64,000 nt of DNA, from contig JAQTPA010000001.1 of the NCBI GenBank assembly GCA_028713155.1, positions 24,320 through 88,319 of the forward strand, given 5' to 3'. The translations under genes were made by a program, and so were the position numbers. A model generated the notes under the pieces. That model was not told the origin of the DNA. It ran no database searches and worked only from the letters and a program-made list of their open reading frames with translations. The DNA comes from Candidatus Omnitrophota bacterium (GTDB lineage Bacteria > Omnitrophota > Gorgyraeia > Gygaellales > Profunditerraquicolaceae). Position 1 is the stretch's first letter, and every line of letters starts with the position of its first letter. This document shows positions 54,911 through 64,000 of this stretch, piece after piece.

Positions 54911-56701
54911 ATGCGCGATTATTTGAAGTTATTGAGGTTTATTAAGCCGTATTCGGGGAAGTTTTTTATAGCCTGCGTCTGTATGATTTTTTCTGCCATA
55001 TTTGACGGAGTATCCTTAGCTATGATGGTCCCCCTAGCAGATAAGGTCCTTACCAATAAAACGATCATTATCCCGGCTAAATTACCGGTATTCCTGGCTG
55101 ATCTTGTGGCTAAAATCAACAGTATCCCTCCGATAGTGCTTTTGAATTATATGGCCGTAGGAATTATATTGCTTTTTATACTTAAAGGGATATTTGGCTT
55201 TTTGCAGAGTTATCTTATGTCTGATATCGGCCAGCTCATTGTCAGGGATATCAAGGCCAAGCTTTACGCTAAATTCCAGATGCTCTCTCTGGATTATTTC
55301 ACCCATAAACGCGGCGGAGAGATGATTTCGCGTATCACTAATGACGTTAAGATGGTAGAGAATGCTGTTTCTTACGGCTCTACGGACCTGGTTTATCAGG
55401 GTGCGCAGGTGCTTATATTTTTCTCCCTGACCTTGTTTATCTATGCCAAGTTCATTATTTTTATCGTTCCTCCGCTGGTTATTTTGGGCTACCTGATCTC
55501 TAGCGTGGGCAAAAAGCTCAGGAAATTATCCCGGACCTCGCAGGAAAAGATGGCCGATACCAACTCCATACTTTATGAGACGATTATCGGCGCGCGCATC
55601 GTCAAGGGATTTAATATGGAGCCTTACGAAATAAAGAAATTCAATAAGGTAAACCATGACTATTACCGCGTCTCGATGAAGTCTATCAAGCGCATCCTGC
55701 TCCTAAGCCCGGCAACAGAAATCCTGGGTTGTATCGCCGGAGTTATCATATTCTTCCTGGGAGGCAGGGAAGTTATCGCCGGAAAAATTTCCTTCGGTGT
55801 TTTCGGGCTTTTTCTCGGTTCGCTTTTATCAACTATCCGGCCTTTTAAGAAGTTAAGCCAGGTAAATTCTTTAAACCAGCAGGCGGTTGCCGCCAGCGAG
55901 CGTATTTATGAAGTCCTGGAAACAGACCCGAGTGTGGTAGAATCTGCCGTTGCCCGGGAACTGACCGGCTTTAAGAATAATGTTGTCTTTAACGACATCT
56001 GGTTCAGTTACGGGGACAATCAGGTCTTAAAAGGGATAAATTTAAATGTTCCTTACGGTTCGGTCCTGGCTATCGTGGGCCCCAGCGGTACGGGTAAAAC
56101 CACGCTTTTGGATTTAATTCCGCGTTTTTACGACCCTAAAAAAGGCAGCGTTAGTATTGACGGCGTAGATATTAAAGAAGTTACTTTAAGGTCGTTGCGG
56201 CAACAGGTGGGTATTGTTACCCAGGAGACTATTCTTTTTAATGATACGATTAAAGGCAATATTTCCTATGGCAAGCCCGGGGCAATGGATGCAGAGATTA
56301 AACAGGCCGCTCTCCAGGCCAATGCCCATGAGTTCATCAGCCACTTGCCGCAAGGCTATGATACGGTTATCGGAGACAGGGGAATGCGTATCTCAGGCGG
56401 AGAGCGCCAGCGTATTGCCATAGCCCGCGCCCTGCTGAAAAACCCGCCTATTTTAATCCTGGATGAAGCTACTTCACAGTTGGATTCGGAATCAGAGAGG
56501 ATAGTCCAGGATGCTTTAGACCGGTTGATCAAGGGCCGCACGGTTTTTGTCATTGCCCACCGGCTTTCTACGGTAAGAAACGCGCATAAAATAGTGGTTT
56601 TGGATAAAGGCATTATTGCTGAGTCAGGCACGCATGCGGAGCTTTTAGGCAAAAACGGGCTGTATAAACGGTTATATTCAATACAAGAGTTACGAAAATA
56701 G
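54911..56701 (+). CDS. ABC transporter fused permease/ATPase, MsbA-like lipid exporter
   Basis: 6-TM domain followed by Walker A GPSGTGKT, signature ISGGERQR and Walker B ILILDEATS. Start set at ATG 54911 (MRDYLKLLRF). Confidence 0.8.
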   Translation: MRDYLKLLRFIKPYSGKFFIACVCMIFSAIFDGVSLAMMVPLADKVLTNKTIIIPAKLPVFLADLVAKINSIPPIVLLNYMAVGIILLFILKGIFGFLQSYLMSDIGQLIVRDIKAKLYAKFQMLSLDYFTHKRGGEMISRITNDVKMVENAVSYGSTDLVYQGAQVLIFFSLTLFIYAKFIIFIVPPLVILGYLISSVGKKLRKLSRTSQEKMADTNSILYETIIGARIVKGFNMEPYEIKKFNKVNHDYYRVSMKSIKRILLLSPATEILGCIAGVIIFFLGGREVIAGKISFGVFGLFLGSLLSTIRPFKKLSQVNSLNQQAVAASERIYEVLETDPSVVESAVARELTGFKNNVVFNDIWFSYGDNQVLKGINLNVPYGSVLAIVGPSGTGKTTLLDLIPRFYDPKKGSVSIDGVDIKEVTLRSLRQQVGIVTQETILFNDTIKGNISYGKPGAMDAEIKQAALQANAHEFISHLPQGYDTVIGDRGMRISGGERQRIAIARALLKNPPILILDEATSQLDSESERIVQDALDRLIKGRTVFVIAHRLSTVRNAHKIVVLDKGIIAESGTHAELLGKNGLYKRLYSIQELRK

Positions 56702-56729
56702 TTGCATATTCAGGATAATCCGGTATAAT
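56702..56729 (+). promoter_or_regulatory. sigma70-like promoter TTGCAT-N16-TATAAT upstream of rpsB
   Basis: ttgcat at 56702-56707 and tataat at 56724-56729. A leader hairpin tgttgc...gcaaca follows. Confidence 0.5.
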
Positions 56730-56801
56730 AACAGAGTTAAACTGTTGCTCAAGAGGCTTCGGCAACACTACCTATTAACAATCTAAAAGGGGGAGAGTAG
56801 A

Positions 56802-57698
56802 GTGCCATCAGATTTAATCAAGCAGTTATTGGAAGCAGGGGTGCATTTTGGGCATCAGACTAAGCGCTGGAATCCAAAAATGAAGAAATTTATCTTCGGT
56901 TCAAGGAGCGGTATCTATATTATTGACCTGGAAAAGACCGAAGAATGCATAAACAAGGCCAGAGATTTCCTTATGGATATCACCTCAAAAGGTGAATACG
57001 TACTTTTTGTGGGGACTAAAAAGCAGGCCCAGGAAGTTATCTTGCAGGAAGCAATCCGTTCAGGCATGTATTATGTGACTGAGCGTTGGCCTGGAGGCCT
57101 TTTGACCAATTTCTCTACCATTAAGAAGAGCATAAACCGCTTGAAAGAAATAGAGAGGATGCGCGAGGACGGGACATTTGCCAAGCTGACCAAAAAAGAA
57201 GTGGCTGGCCTGGAGAAAGAGCTGGTTAAGTTGAATAAAAATTTCGCTGGGATCGTGCCGATGGAGCGTATGCCTAAAGCGGTTTTTGTCATTGATACCA
57301 CTAAAGAGGATACGGCAGTAAATGAAGCCCGGCGCTTAGGAATACCCATCGTAGCCCTGATTGATACTAATTCCAATCCGGATTTAGTTGACTATCCTAT
57401 TCCCGGTAATGACGACGCCACTAAGTCTATTAAGGCCGTGGCGGATATTATTACGGATACGATTATTGAGGGAAGGAAAAAATTCCTCTCTTATCTGGCC
57501 CAGGAAGGGGTAAAGATAAAAGAGGAAGCCGGGGAGGCTATTGAACCGGCGTTATTACCCGAAGAAGAGATTAAAATCAAAGAGATTGAAGAGATAATTG
57601 AGGTTACGGAGCCTGTTGAAGGAGAAGCTAAGCTTGCCAAAAAGGCGCATATTAAACCGGCGGCCGAAGGAAAAACCAGGCCCAAAAGGAAGGTATAA
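56802..57698 (+). CDS. rpsB: 30S ribosomal protein S2, GTG start, with an acidic C-terminal extension
   Basis: 'LLEAGVHFGHQTKRWNPKM'. SD aaGGGGGAGag. Confidence 0.9.
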   Translation: MPSDLIKQLLEAGVHFGHQTKRWNPKMKKFIFGSRSGIYIIDLEKTEECINKARDFLMDITSKGEYVLFVGTKKQAQEVILQEAIRSGMYYVTERWPGGLLTNFSTIKKSINRLKEIERMREDGTFAKLTKKEVAGLEKELVKLNKNFAGIVPMERMPKAVFVIDTTKEDTAVNEARRLGIPIVALIDTNSNPDLVDYPIPGNDDATKSIKAVADIITDTIIEGRKKFLSYLAQEGVKIKEEAGEAIEPALLPEEEIKIKEIEEIIEVTEPVEGEAKLAKKAHIKPAAEGKTRPKRKV

Positions 57699-57704
57699 AT
57701 AAAA

Positions 57705-58229
57705 ATGAAAATATCGGTAGAAGCAATTAAGGAGTTAAGAGAGATAACTTCTTCCAGCGTGGCGCATTGCAAGAAGGCGCTGGAGGAGGCAAAGGGAGAT
57801 ATTAAAAAAGCCGCTGAATTATTACGCAAGCAGGGCCTGGAGATCGCCGCCAAGAAACAGTCCCGGTTGGCTAAAGAGGGAAGGATAGAGGCGTACGTGC
57901 ATCACGGGAATAAGGTCGGCACATTATTGGAGGTTGACTGCGAATCGGATTTTGTCGCCAAAAACGAAGATTTTACCAGGTTCACCAAGGATCTGGCGAT
58001 GCAGATAACCGCGACCAGCCCCTTATACATCAAAAAGGAAGATGTCCCGGCAGAAGTAGTGGAGCATGAAAAAAATAAAGATGATTTTTATAAGAACCAT
58101 TGTTTAATGGAACAGCCTTTTGTCAAGGACCCGTCTATTACCGTTAAGGATTATTTAGGCACTATTGTCTCCAAGATGGGTGAGAATATCGTTGTGCGCA
58201 GGTTCATGCGTTATAAAGTCGGCGAATAA
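57705..58229 (+). CDS. tsf: elongation factor Ts, short 174-aa form
   Basis: N-terminal UBA-like region '[37 protein letters not shown]'. Confidence 0.8.
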   Translation: MKISVEAIKELREITSSSVAHCKKALEEAKGDIKKAAELLRKQGLEIAAKKQSRLAKEGRIEAYVHHGNKVGTLLEVDCESDFVAKNEDFTRFTKDLAMQITATSPLYIKKEDVPAEVVEHEKNKDDFYKNHCLMEQPFVKDPSITVKDYLGTIVSKMGENIVVRRFMRYKVGE

Positions 58230-58234
58230 TACCA

Positions 58235-58957
58235 ATGGGTTCAGTCTATAAAAGAATAGTCCTTAAATTAAGCGGTGAAGCCCTGCAGGGAAGAAAGTCC
58301 CACGGAATAGACCAGTCGGTCCTTATATCCATCTCCCGCCAGATAAAAGAAATCCGGGATTTAAAAGTAGATGTGGCGGTAGTCCTGGGCGCCGGAAATA
58401 TCTTCCGCGGCCAGGAAAATACCGGCTCGCGCGGCCTGGATATGGACAGGTCCGTTGCCGATTATATGGGTATGCTGGCTACCGTGATTAATGGGCTGGC
58501 TCTCCAGGATGTCCTAGAAAAATCCGGTGTACCTACCCGGGTTATGACGGCTATAGATATGGAACGCATTGCCGAGCCTTATATCAGAAGGCGGGCTATC
58601 CGGCATTTAGAAAAAGGAAGAGTAGTGATTTTTGTCGCCGGTACAGGCAATCCTTATTTTACCACGGATACGGCAGCCGCGCTGCGGGCGATGGAAATTA
58701 ATGCCAACGCCATATTAAAAGGTACTCAAGTAGACGGAGTTTATTCGGCTGACCCTTTAAAAGTTAAAGGCGCCAGGAAATTTACGCATTTAAAATATAT
58801 CGACGTCTTGAAAAAGGGCCTAAAGGTTATGGACGCTACCGCGATCAGCCTGTGCATGGATAATAAGCTTCCTATTGTCGTCTTTAACCTGAATAAAAAA
58901 GGGAATATTAAACGGGTAGTCTTGGGCGAAAGAATAGGGACGGTAGTAGGGCAATAA
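58235..58957 (+). CDS. pyrH: UMP kinase
   Basis: '[11 protein letters not shown]', '[11 protein letters not shown]' and '[11 protein letters not shown]'. Confidence 0.9.
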   Translation: MGSVYKRIVLKLSGEALQGRKSHGIDQSVLISISRQIKEIRDLKVDVAVVLGAGNIFRGQENTGSRGLDMDRSVADYMGMLATVINGLALQDVLEKSGVPTRVMTAIDMERIAEPYIRRRAIRHLEKGRVVIFVAGTGNPYFTTDTAAALRAMEINANAILKGTQVDGVYSADPLKVKGARKFTHLKYIDVLKKGLKVMDATAISLCMDNKLPIVVFNLNKKGNIKRVVLGERIGTVVGQ

Positions 58958-58979
58958 CCAATCAGGTATTGAAAAGGGG

Positions 58980-59546
58980 TTGACTATGACTACGAAAGAG
59001 ATCTTGCACAGTACCGAAGAAAAAATGAAGAAATCCTTTGAGTCAGTATCCCGGGAATTCGGAGAAGTGCGCACCGGCAGGGCCAGTCCTACGCTAGTGG
59101 AGGGGCTGCATATTGATTATTACGGGACGCCTACCCTGTTGAAACAGTTAGCCGCTATTTCGGCTACCGACGCGCACTTATTGACGATTCAACCCTGGGA
59201 TATTTCCGCTATTCCCGAAATTGAAAAGGCGATATTGAAATCTAATTTAGGAGTTAACCCTTCTAATGACGGTAAATTGATCAGGTTGTCTTTTCCGCAG
59301 CTATCCAAGGAGAGGCGTCAGGAGCTGGCTAAAGAAATCCATAAAATGGCCGAGGTAGGCAGAGTTAGTTTAAGGACAATCAGGCGCGACGCCAAAGAGC
59401 ATATTGAAAAATCAGAGAAAGATAAAGCGATTACCGAGGACGATAGGTTCCGCAGTGTTGATGAATTGCAGAAGCTGGTGGATAAGCATATCGCCAAGGT
59501 TGACGAGCTGTTAAAGAATAAAGAAAAAGAAGTACTGGAACTTTAA
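58980..59546 (+). CDS. frr: ribosome recycling factor
   Basis: 188 aa, typical RRF pattern, follows pyrH. Confidence 0.9.
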   Translation: MTMTTKEILHSTEEKMKKSFESVSREFGEVRTGRASPTLVEGLHIDYYGTPTLLKQLAAISATDAHLLTIQPWDISAIPEIEKAILKSNLGVNPSNDGKLIRLSFPQLSKERRQELAKEIHKMAEVGRVSLRTIRRDAKEHIEKSEKDKAITEDDRFRSVDELQKLVDKHIAKVDELLKNKEKEVLEL

Positions 59547-59550
59547 ATTT

Positions 59551-59623
59551 GGGCCTCTAGCTCATCCGGTAGAGCAGCGGCTTTTTAAGCCGCGTGTGCC
59601 GAGTTCGAGTCTCGGGAGGCTCA
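59551..59623 (+). tRNA. tRNA-Lys (anticodon TTT)
   Basis: Cloverleaf: acceptor gggcctc/gaggctc, D-arm gctc..gagc, anticodon stem gcggc/gccgc with loop ttTTTaa, T-arm ccgag-ttcgagt-ctcgg. Confidence 0.8.
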
Positions 59624-59660
59624 CTTGATTTTTCTAGGAAGCGGTTAAGAGGGCTAATAA

Positions 59661-59742
59661 GGGCGGATGGTGGAATTGGCAGACACGATAGCCTTAGGAG
59701 CTATTGGGGCAACCCTTGGAGGTTCAAATCCTCTTCCGCCCA
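59661..59742 (+). tRNA. tRNA-Leu (anticodon TAG), class II with a long variable arm
   Basis: Acceptor gggcgga/tccgccc, anticodon stem atagc/gctat with loop ctTAGga, variable arm ggggcaaccc, T-loop ttcaaat. Confidence 0.75.
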
Positions 59743-59842
59743 TTAAAATTTTCCGACAAGGAAAATTTTAATGGCACTCAAGCGAGCGTTAAACAGCCCG
59801 ACAAGGGCTGTAGTGAGCGGAGTGCCTAAGGCAATAGGTATT

Positions 59843-59918
59843 GCGGGAGTAGCTCAGTTGGTAGAGCGCAACCTTGCCAAGGTTGATGTCACGGGTTCGA
59901 ATCCCGCCTCCCGCTCCA
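59843..59918 (+). tRNA. tRNA-Gly (anticodon GCC) with encoded CCA
   Basis: gcgggag...caacc-ttGCCaa-ggttg...ttcgaat...ctcccgc-t-cca. Closely resembles the canonical bacterial tRNA-Gly(GCC). Confidence 0.85.
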
Positions 59919-59962
59919 TAAGCTACTAAATCTACAATCCAGCCACTGAAAGGAGAAGTAAC

Positions 59963-60433
59963 ATGCAGATTATGGAGTTCTTGTCCAAAAAAGCTATCCT
60001 CACCGATATAAAATCCGTCAAGAAAGAGGATGTTATCAAAGAACTGGTTGAGGCGCTTATTGCTGCCGGAGATATTGAAAAACGCTGCCGGAATAAGCTT
60101 ATTGAATCGTTGATGTCCAGGGAAGCGTTGGGTTCGACTGCCATCGGCCAGGGGATTGCCATACCGCATGCAAAATCAGATTGTGTGGAAAAGTTAGTTG
60201 CGGCTTTCGGCCTTTCCAAGAAAGGCGTAGACTTTGATTCTCTTGACGGCGAGCCGGCCTATATCTTTTTTCTTCTGGTCGCCCCTCAGGATTCTGCCGG
60301 GCCGCACTTAAAGGCCCTGGCGCGCATTTCACGGCTGCTTAAGGATAAATACTTCCGGGATACCTTGCGGGCCTGCGAAGACGATAAAGCTGTTATCAAG
60401 ATTATAGCGCAGGAAGACGAAAAGAAAATTTAA
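59963..60433 (+). CDS. ptsN: PTS IIA-Ntr nitrogen regulatory protein
   Basis: 'GQGIAIPHAK' carries the active His. The EIIA fructose/mannitol-type fold fits. 156 aa. Confidence 0.75.
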   Translation: MQIMEFLSKKAILTDIKSVKKEDVIKELVEALIAAGDIEKRCRNKLIESLMSREALGSTAIGQGIAIPHAKSDCVEKLVAAFGLSKKGVDFDSLDGEPAYIFFLLVAPQDSAGPHLKALARISRLLKDKYFRDTLRACEDDKAVIKIIAQEDEKKI

Positions 60434-60466
60434 CCAGTTTTTGCGTACTATTTCTAGAGAATTAAG

Positions 60467-61711
60467 ATGACTAAGAAAATCCATAATATGCTCAAGTGGT
60501 TTTATCCCGGCATAGGAGTCAAACGCTGGATAGGCCTGAGTGTTTTCGGCGTTTTGCTTTTAATTTTTGCTACCGGCCACCTGCGGGCCGAGGAATTTCT
60601 GGGGATCCAGATACTGGACTCCATAATTTTATTTTCAGGTATCATAATATTAATATTAGGCATAAAGAGGATGATGCGTTCTTTTATTGCCGTCTTTGTC
60701 CCTTCCTCAAGAGGGGAAGAGCTTTTTGACATAATTTATCAGAACAGACAGCTCACCCGCGGTCCAAAAGTTGTAGTTATCGGCGGAGGGACAGGCTTAT
60801 CGGTCTTATTAACCGGATTAAAGCATTTTACCACAAATCTATCGGCCATCGTTACAGTGGCGGATGACGGCGGTTCTTCAGGCAGGATCAGGGAAGAGTT
60901 CGGGATGCTGCCTCCGGGAGATATCCGTAACTGCCTGGTAGCTTTAGCGGATGCACCGGCGCTTATGCGGGATTTATTCCAGTTCCGCTTTAGTACAAAT
61001 TCCGAATTAGCCGGGCACAGTTTCGGGAATCTTTTTATTACCGTGATGACGCAACTGACCGGAGATTTTGAAAAGGCGATTAAAGAGACCAGCAAGGTCC
61101 TGGCGCTTAGGGGCCAGGTTATTCCTTCAACCCTGAATAAAGTGGTTTTGGTCGCCGAACACAAGGATGGCTCGACTACAGTAGGCGAGAACCAGATCCC
61201 TAAAACGAAGCGTTCTATAAATAAAGTTTATCTTAACCCGGCGCATTCGTCGGCGACGCCCGACGCGATTAAAGCTATAAAAGAAGCCCGGATTATCGTC
61301 TTGGGCCCCGGTTCTTTGTACACGAGTATTATTCCTAATCTATTAATACCTGAAATCAGCGAAGCGGTTGCTTCTTCGCAGGCGCTTAAGGTCTACGTAT
61401 GTAACGCGATGACCCAGCCGGGAGAGACCGATGGTTTTAGCGCTTCAGAGCATATCGGAGTGCTCACGTCGCATTCTCACTCGCGCATTCTTGATTATTG
61501 CGTCGTGAACACTGGCGAGACGCCGCCGGCTGCGCTTAAACGTTATATACAGCAGGGTTCGTATTTAGTGGTCAACGATAGAAAGAAAATAGAGGATATG
61601 GGGTACCGCGTGATTGAGGACGATTTTGCGACTGTTGAAGACGACGGCGTCATCAGGCACGATGCGGAAAAGTTAGCCAAAATCATATTAGGATTAATTG
61701 AGGAGATTTAA
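60467..61711 (+). CDS. YvcK/UPF0052 (CofD-like gluconeogenesis factor) family protein with an N-terminal 2-TM extension
   Basis: 'KVVVIGGGTGLSVLLTGLK', 'VTVADDGGSSGRIREEFGMLPPGDIRNCLVAL' and 'GPGSLYTSIIPNLLIPEI' closely parallel B. subtilis YvcK. The first ~90 aa contain two hydrophobic helices. Confidence 0.75.
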   Translation: MTKKIHNMLKWFYPGIGVKRWIGLSVFGVLLLIFATGHLRAEEFLGIQILDSIILFSGIIILILGIKRMMRSFIAVFVPSSRGEELFDIIYQNRQLTRGPKVVVIGGGTGLSVLLTGLKHFTTNLSAIVTVADDGGSSGRIREEFGMLPPGDIRNCLVALADAPALMRDLFQFRFSTNSELAGHSFGNLFITVMTQLTGDFEKAIKETSKVLALRGQVIPSTLNKVVLVAEHKDGSTTVGENQIPKTKRSINKVYLNPAHSSATPDAIKAIKEARIIVLGPGSLYTSIIPNLLIPEISEAVASSQALKVYVCNAMTQPGETDGFSASEHIGVLTSHSHSRILDYCVVNTGETPPAALKRYIQQGSYLVVNDRKKIEDMGYRVIEDDFATVEDDGVIRHDAEKLAKIILGLIEEI

Positions 61712-61720
61712 TTTATCTCG

Positions 61721-61990
61721 ATGAGCGTAATAAGAAAGCAGTTAACCGTCAAGAATCGCCAGGGCCTGCACGCGCGTCCGGCAGCTTTATTTGTGCAGGT
61801 AGCCAATAAGTTTGATTCCCGGATAACCGTTAAGCGGGATAATGAAGAAGTTAACGGTAAATCGATCATGGGCATACTTATGCTCGGCGCCGAGAGAGAC
61901 AGCGTTATTATCATTGAGGTCGAAGGAGAAGACGCGCATTTAGCAATACAGGAGTTGGAGAAGATTGTTACCAGCGAGGAAGATAAATGA
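61721..61990 (+). CDS. ptsH: HPr-family phosphocarrier protein (HPr or NPr)
   Basis: 'NRQGLHARPAA' carries His15. 89 aa. Confidence 0.8.
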   Translation: MSVIRKQLTVKNRQGLHARPAALFVQVANKFDSRITVKRDNEEVNGKSIMGILMLGAERDSVIIIEVEGEDAHLAIQELEKIVTSEEDK

Positions 61991-63717
61991 ACCAGATTAA
62001 AGGCATAGCTGCTGCTACCGGGATTAGCGTAGGTATAGCCTATAAGGTAGGCAAGGAAGAATTTATTGTCCCCCGGCAGGAGATCGGCGACCAGGATATA
62101 CCTATCCAGATACAGCTATTTGAAGAGGCGTTAATCAAGACGCGCAGGGAGATCATTGAACTGCAGAAAAGAATAAGCGCGGAAATGGGCCAGGAAGAGG
62201 CGCAAATTTTTGACGCGCACCTGTTAGTTTTAGAAGACCGCATGCTTATTGAAGAGGTCATCTCCCGCCTTAAAAAAGATAAGCTTAATGTCGCTTTTAT
62301 CTTCCAGGAGGTTTTAAAGAAATATGTTTCTGTGTTTTCCAATATAGAAGACGAATACCTCAAAGAACGTATCGCCGATATAAACGATGTGGGTAAAAGA
62401 ATTTTACGCAACCTTTTGGGCAAGGAAAGGAAAGGCCTGGGGGATTTAAAGGAGAGGGTTATCGTTGTTGCCCATGACCTTTCGCCGTCGGATACAGCGG
62501 CCATGCATAAAAAGAATGTCGCAGGGTTTATTACGGATATCGGAGGCAAGACCTCGCATACCGCGATTATGGCCAAGTCCCTGGAGATACCGGCTGTAGT
62601 CGGAGCGGAAGATGCTACCGTTAAGATTAACCAGGGCGATATGCTGATTGTAGACGGTACCCTGGGTATTGTCATTGTTAATCCGGATGAAGAAACCCTG
62701 GAGTCATACCGTAGCGAAGAATTAAAATTAAGGGGGGTAACCGAGAAATTCCTTTCGGCCAAGGACCTTCCCGCGATTACTCTGGACGGCAATCAAATTG
62801 AGATAAATGCCAATATTGAATTTCCCGATGAGGTGCCGGCGGTAAAGTTGCACGGAGGCGAAGGTATCGGCCTTTACCGTACCGAATTTTTTTATATGAA
62901 CAGGAAAGACCTGCCTACCGAGGAAGACCATTACCAGGCCTATAAATATGTAGCCGAAGAGATGAACCCTTATCCGGTAATTATCCGCACGCTGGATTTA
63001 GGCGGAGACAAATTTTTATCGCAGTTTGAGGTTCCGCACGAGATGCATCCGTTTTTAGGCTGGAGAGCGATCCGGTTTTGTCTGGCGCGTCCGGATATAT
63101 TTAAATTGCAGCTAAGGGCGATCCTAAGGGCTTCAGTGCATGGGAATTTAAAGCTTATGTATCCGATGATTTCAGGTGTTGAAGAGTTAAGGCAGGCGAA
63201 TAAAATACTCGAGGAGGCCAAGGGGGAACTTAAAGCTAAAGACATGCCTTTTGACGAGGATGTCCAGGTTGGCGCGATGATTGAAGTGCCTTCTGCGGCA
63301 ATGACCGCGGATATACTGGCTAAAGAAGTGGATTTTTTTAGCATCGGGAGCAACGACTTGATTCAGTATGCCCTGGCAGTTGACCGTGCCAATGAAAAAG
63401 TGGCCTATCTTTATGAGCCTACGCATCCAGCGGTCTTACGCTTGATTAAGCATATTATTGATGCCGCGCATAATGCCGATATCAACGTGGGGATGTGCGG
63501 AGAAATGGCCGGCGAACCGGGCCTGGCGCTGATACTTCTGGGTTTAGGCCTGGATGAATTCAGTATGCCTCCGCAGGTTATACCGGAATTGAAATATTTG
63601 ATTCGTTCAATTACTCTGAAAGAAGCCCAGGAAATTGCCAATGAGGCATTGGAGTTCTCTACAGGGTCCGAGGTAGAAGAATTTGCCCAGGCGAAGTTAA
63701 GGGGGATACTAAAATAA
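61987..63717 (+). CDS. ptsI: phosphoenolpyruvate-protein phosphotransferase (Enzyme I)
   Basis: 'GGKTSHTAIMAKSLEIPAVVG' phospho-His region. PEP-utilizing C-terminal domain. 576 aa. Confidence 0.9.
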   Translation: MNQIKGIAAATGISVGIAYKVGKEEFIVPRQEIGDQDIPIQIQLFEEALIKTRREIIELQKRISAEMGQEEAQIFDAHLLVLEDRMLIEEVISRLKKDKLNVAFIFQEVLKKYVSVFSNIEDEYLKERIADINDVGKRILRNLLGKERKGLGDLKERVIVVAHDLSPSDTAAMHKKNVAGFITDIGGKTSHTAIMAKSLEIPAVVGAEDATVKINQGDMLIVDGTLGIVIVNPDEETLESYRSEELKLRGVTEKFLSAKDLPAITLDGNQIEINANIEFPDEVPAVKLHGGEGIGLYRTEFFYMNRKDLPTEEDHYQAYKYVAEEMNPYPVIIRTLDLGGDKFLSQFEVPHEMHPFLGWRAIRFCLARPDIFKLQLRAILRASVHGNLKLMYPMISGVEELRQANKILEEAKGELKAKDMPFDEDVQVGAMIEVPSAAMTADILAKEVDFFSIGSNDLIQYALAVDRANEKVAYLYEPTHPAVLRLIKHIIDAAHNADINVGMCGEMAGEPGLALILLGLGLDEFSMPPQVIPELKYLIRSITLKEAQEIANEALEFSTGSEVEEFAQAKLRGILK

Positions 63718-64000
63718 AAGCAATAATTTTAGCTGCGGGATACGCTACGCGCCTATATCCTTTAACCCGGGAATACCCCAAGCCTTTGCTTGAGGTCAAG
63801 CGCAGGCCTATTCTTGACTATATCATCAATAAATTAGAGAAGGTGCGGGCAGTCGATGAGATAATCGTAGTTACCAACAGTAAGTTTATGGCTAAGTTCC
63901 GGGAGTGGAAAAAGCCGCTTAAGGTAAAGAAACCGGTAGTATTAGTAGACGATCTGACCAGGAGCAATACGGACAGGCTGGGCGCAATCGGGGATATGGC
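63714..64000 (+). CDS. sugar-phosphate nucleotidyltransferase (NTP_transferase family), 5'-partial view with no canonical start codon in frame
   Basis: 'KAIILAAGYATRLYPLTREYPKPLL' is the nucleotidyltransferase G-loop. The frame opens after a TGA at 63642-63644. The only in-frame candidate starts are ATT 63648, ATT 63681 and ATA 63714. Confidence 0.6.
   Translation, partial: MKAIILAAGYATRLYPLTREYPKPLLEVKRRPILDYIINKLEKVRAVDEIIVVTNSKFMAKFREWKKPLKVKKPVVLVDDLTRSNTDRLGAIGDM

Noticed and set aside
59789-60219. Minus-strand ORFs (126 aa, 95 aa) overlapping tRNA-Gly and the ptsN start
   Set aside because: They overlap a confident tRNA gene and the conserved ptsN. Composition is not protein-like.

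Overview
This 64 kb window is a densely packed, almost entirely plus-strand chromosomal segment from a Gram-negative-type bacterium (LpxB, MsbA-like exporter, beta-barrel OMP and ExbB/ExbD are present). GC content is about 45 percent. No transposase or integrase genes, no CRISPR array and no rRNA genes were seen. The window reads as core metabolism with several unusual, regulated islands.

Content in order:
- A nitrogen and glutamine supercluster: a GAF-ANTAR regulator, a standalone glutamate-synthase FMN-domain protein plus an unlisted 52-aa Cys-rich microprotein, an OMP-amtB-glnK operon, a type III glutamine synthetase, a Fis-family regulator translationally coupled to gltB-gltD, then pyrG-carA-carB.
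- An 11-gene complex-I-like operon whose NuoD-position subunit keeps both [NiFe] cysteine motifs and whose NuoB-position subunit has hydrogenase-type Cys motifs. It is therefore called an energy-converting group-4 hydrogenase with NuoA, NuoJ, NuoK and L/M/N-like subunits.
- dedA, an orphan exbB-exbD pair, a membrane H+/Na+-pyrophosphatase and an APC permease.
- A complete F-type ATP synthase operon (atpZ-I-B-E-F-H-A-G-D-C). A roughly 230-nt GC-rich, highly structured non-coding insert lies between atpG and atpD, and the epsilon subunit is truncated.
- gdhA; a translationally coupled pair of signalling proteins that share an N-terminal domain, one with an HD-GYP output; a DUF1846/UPF0371 protein coupled to a beta-CASP RNase; a divergent standalone L27-like protein; an M48 protease.
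- A minus-strand lpxB plus Gfo/Idh/MocA oxidoreductase pair; a prepilin-type protein; an MsbA-like ABC exporter.
- rpsB-tsf-pyrH-frr, three tRNAs (Lys-TTT, Leu-TAG, Gly-GCC), and a PTS-Ntr module (ptsN, a membrane-anchored YvcK, HPr, EI).

Several leaders carry promoter-plus-intrinsic-terminator arrangements that suggest attenuation, upstream of the ANTAR regulator gene and upstream of pyrG. Everything here is read from the sequence and family knowledge; no database searches were run.
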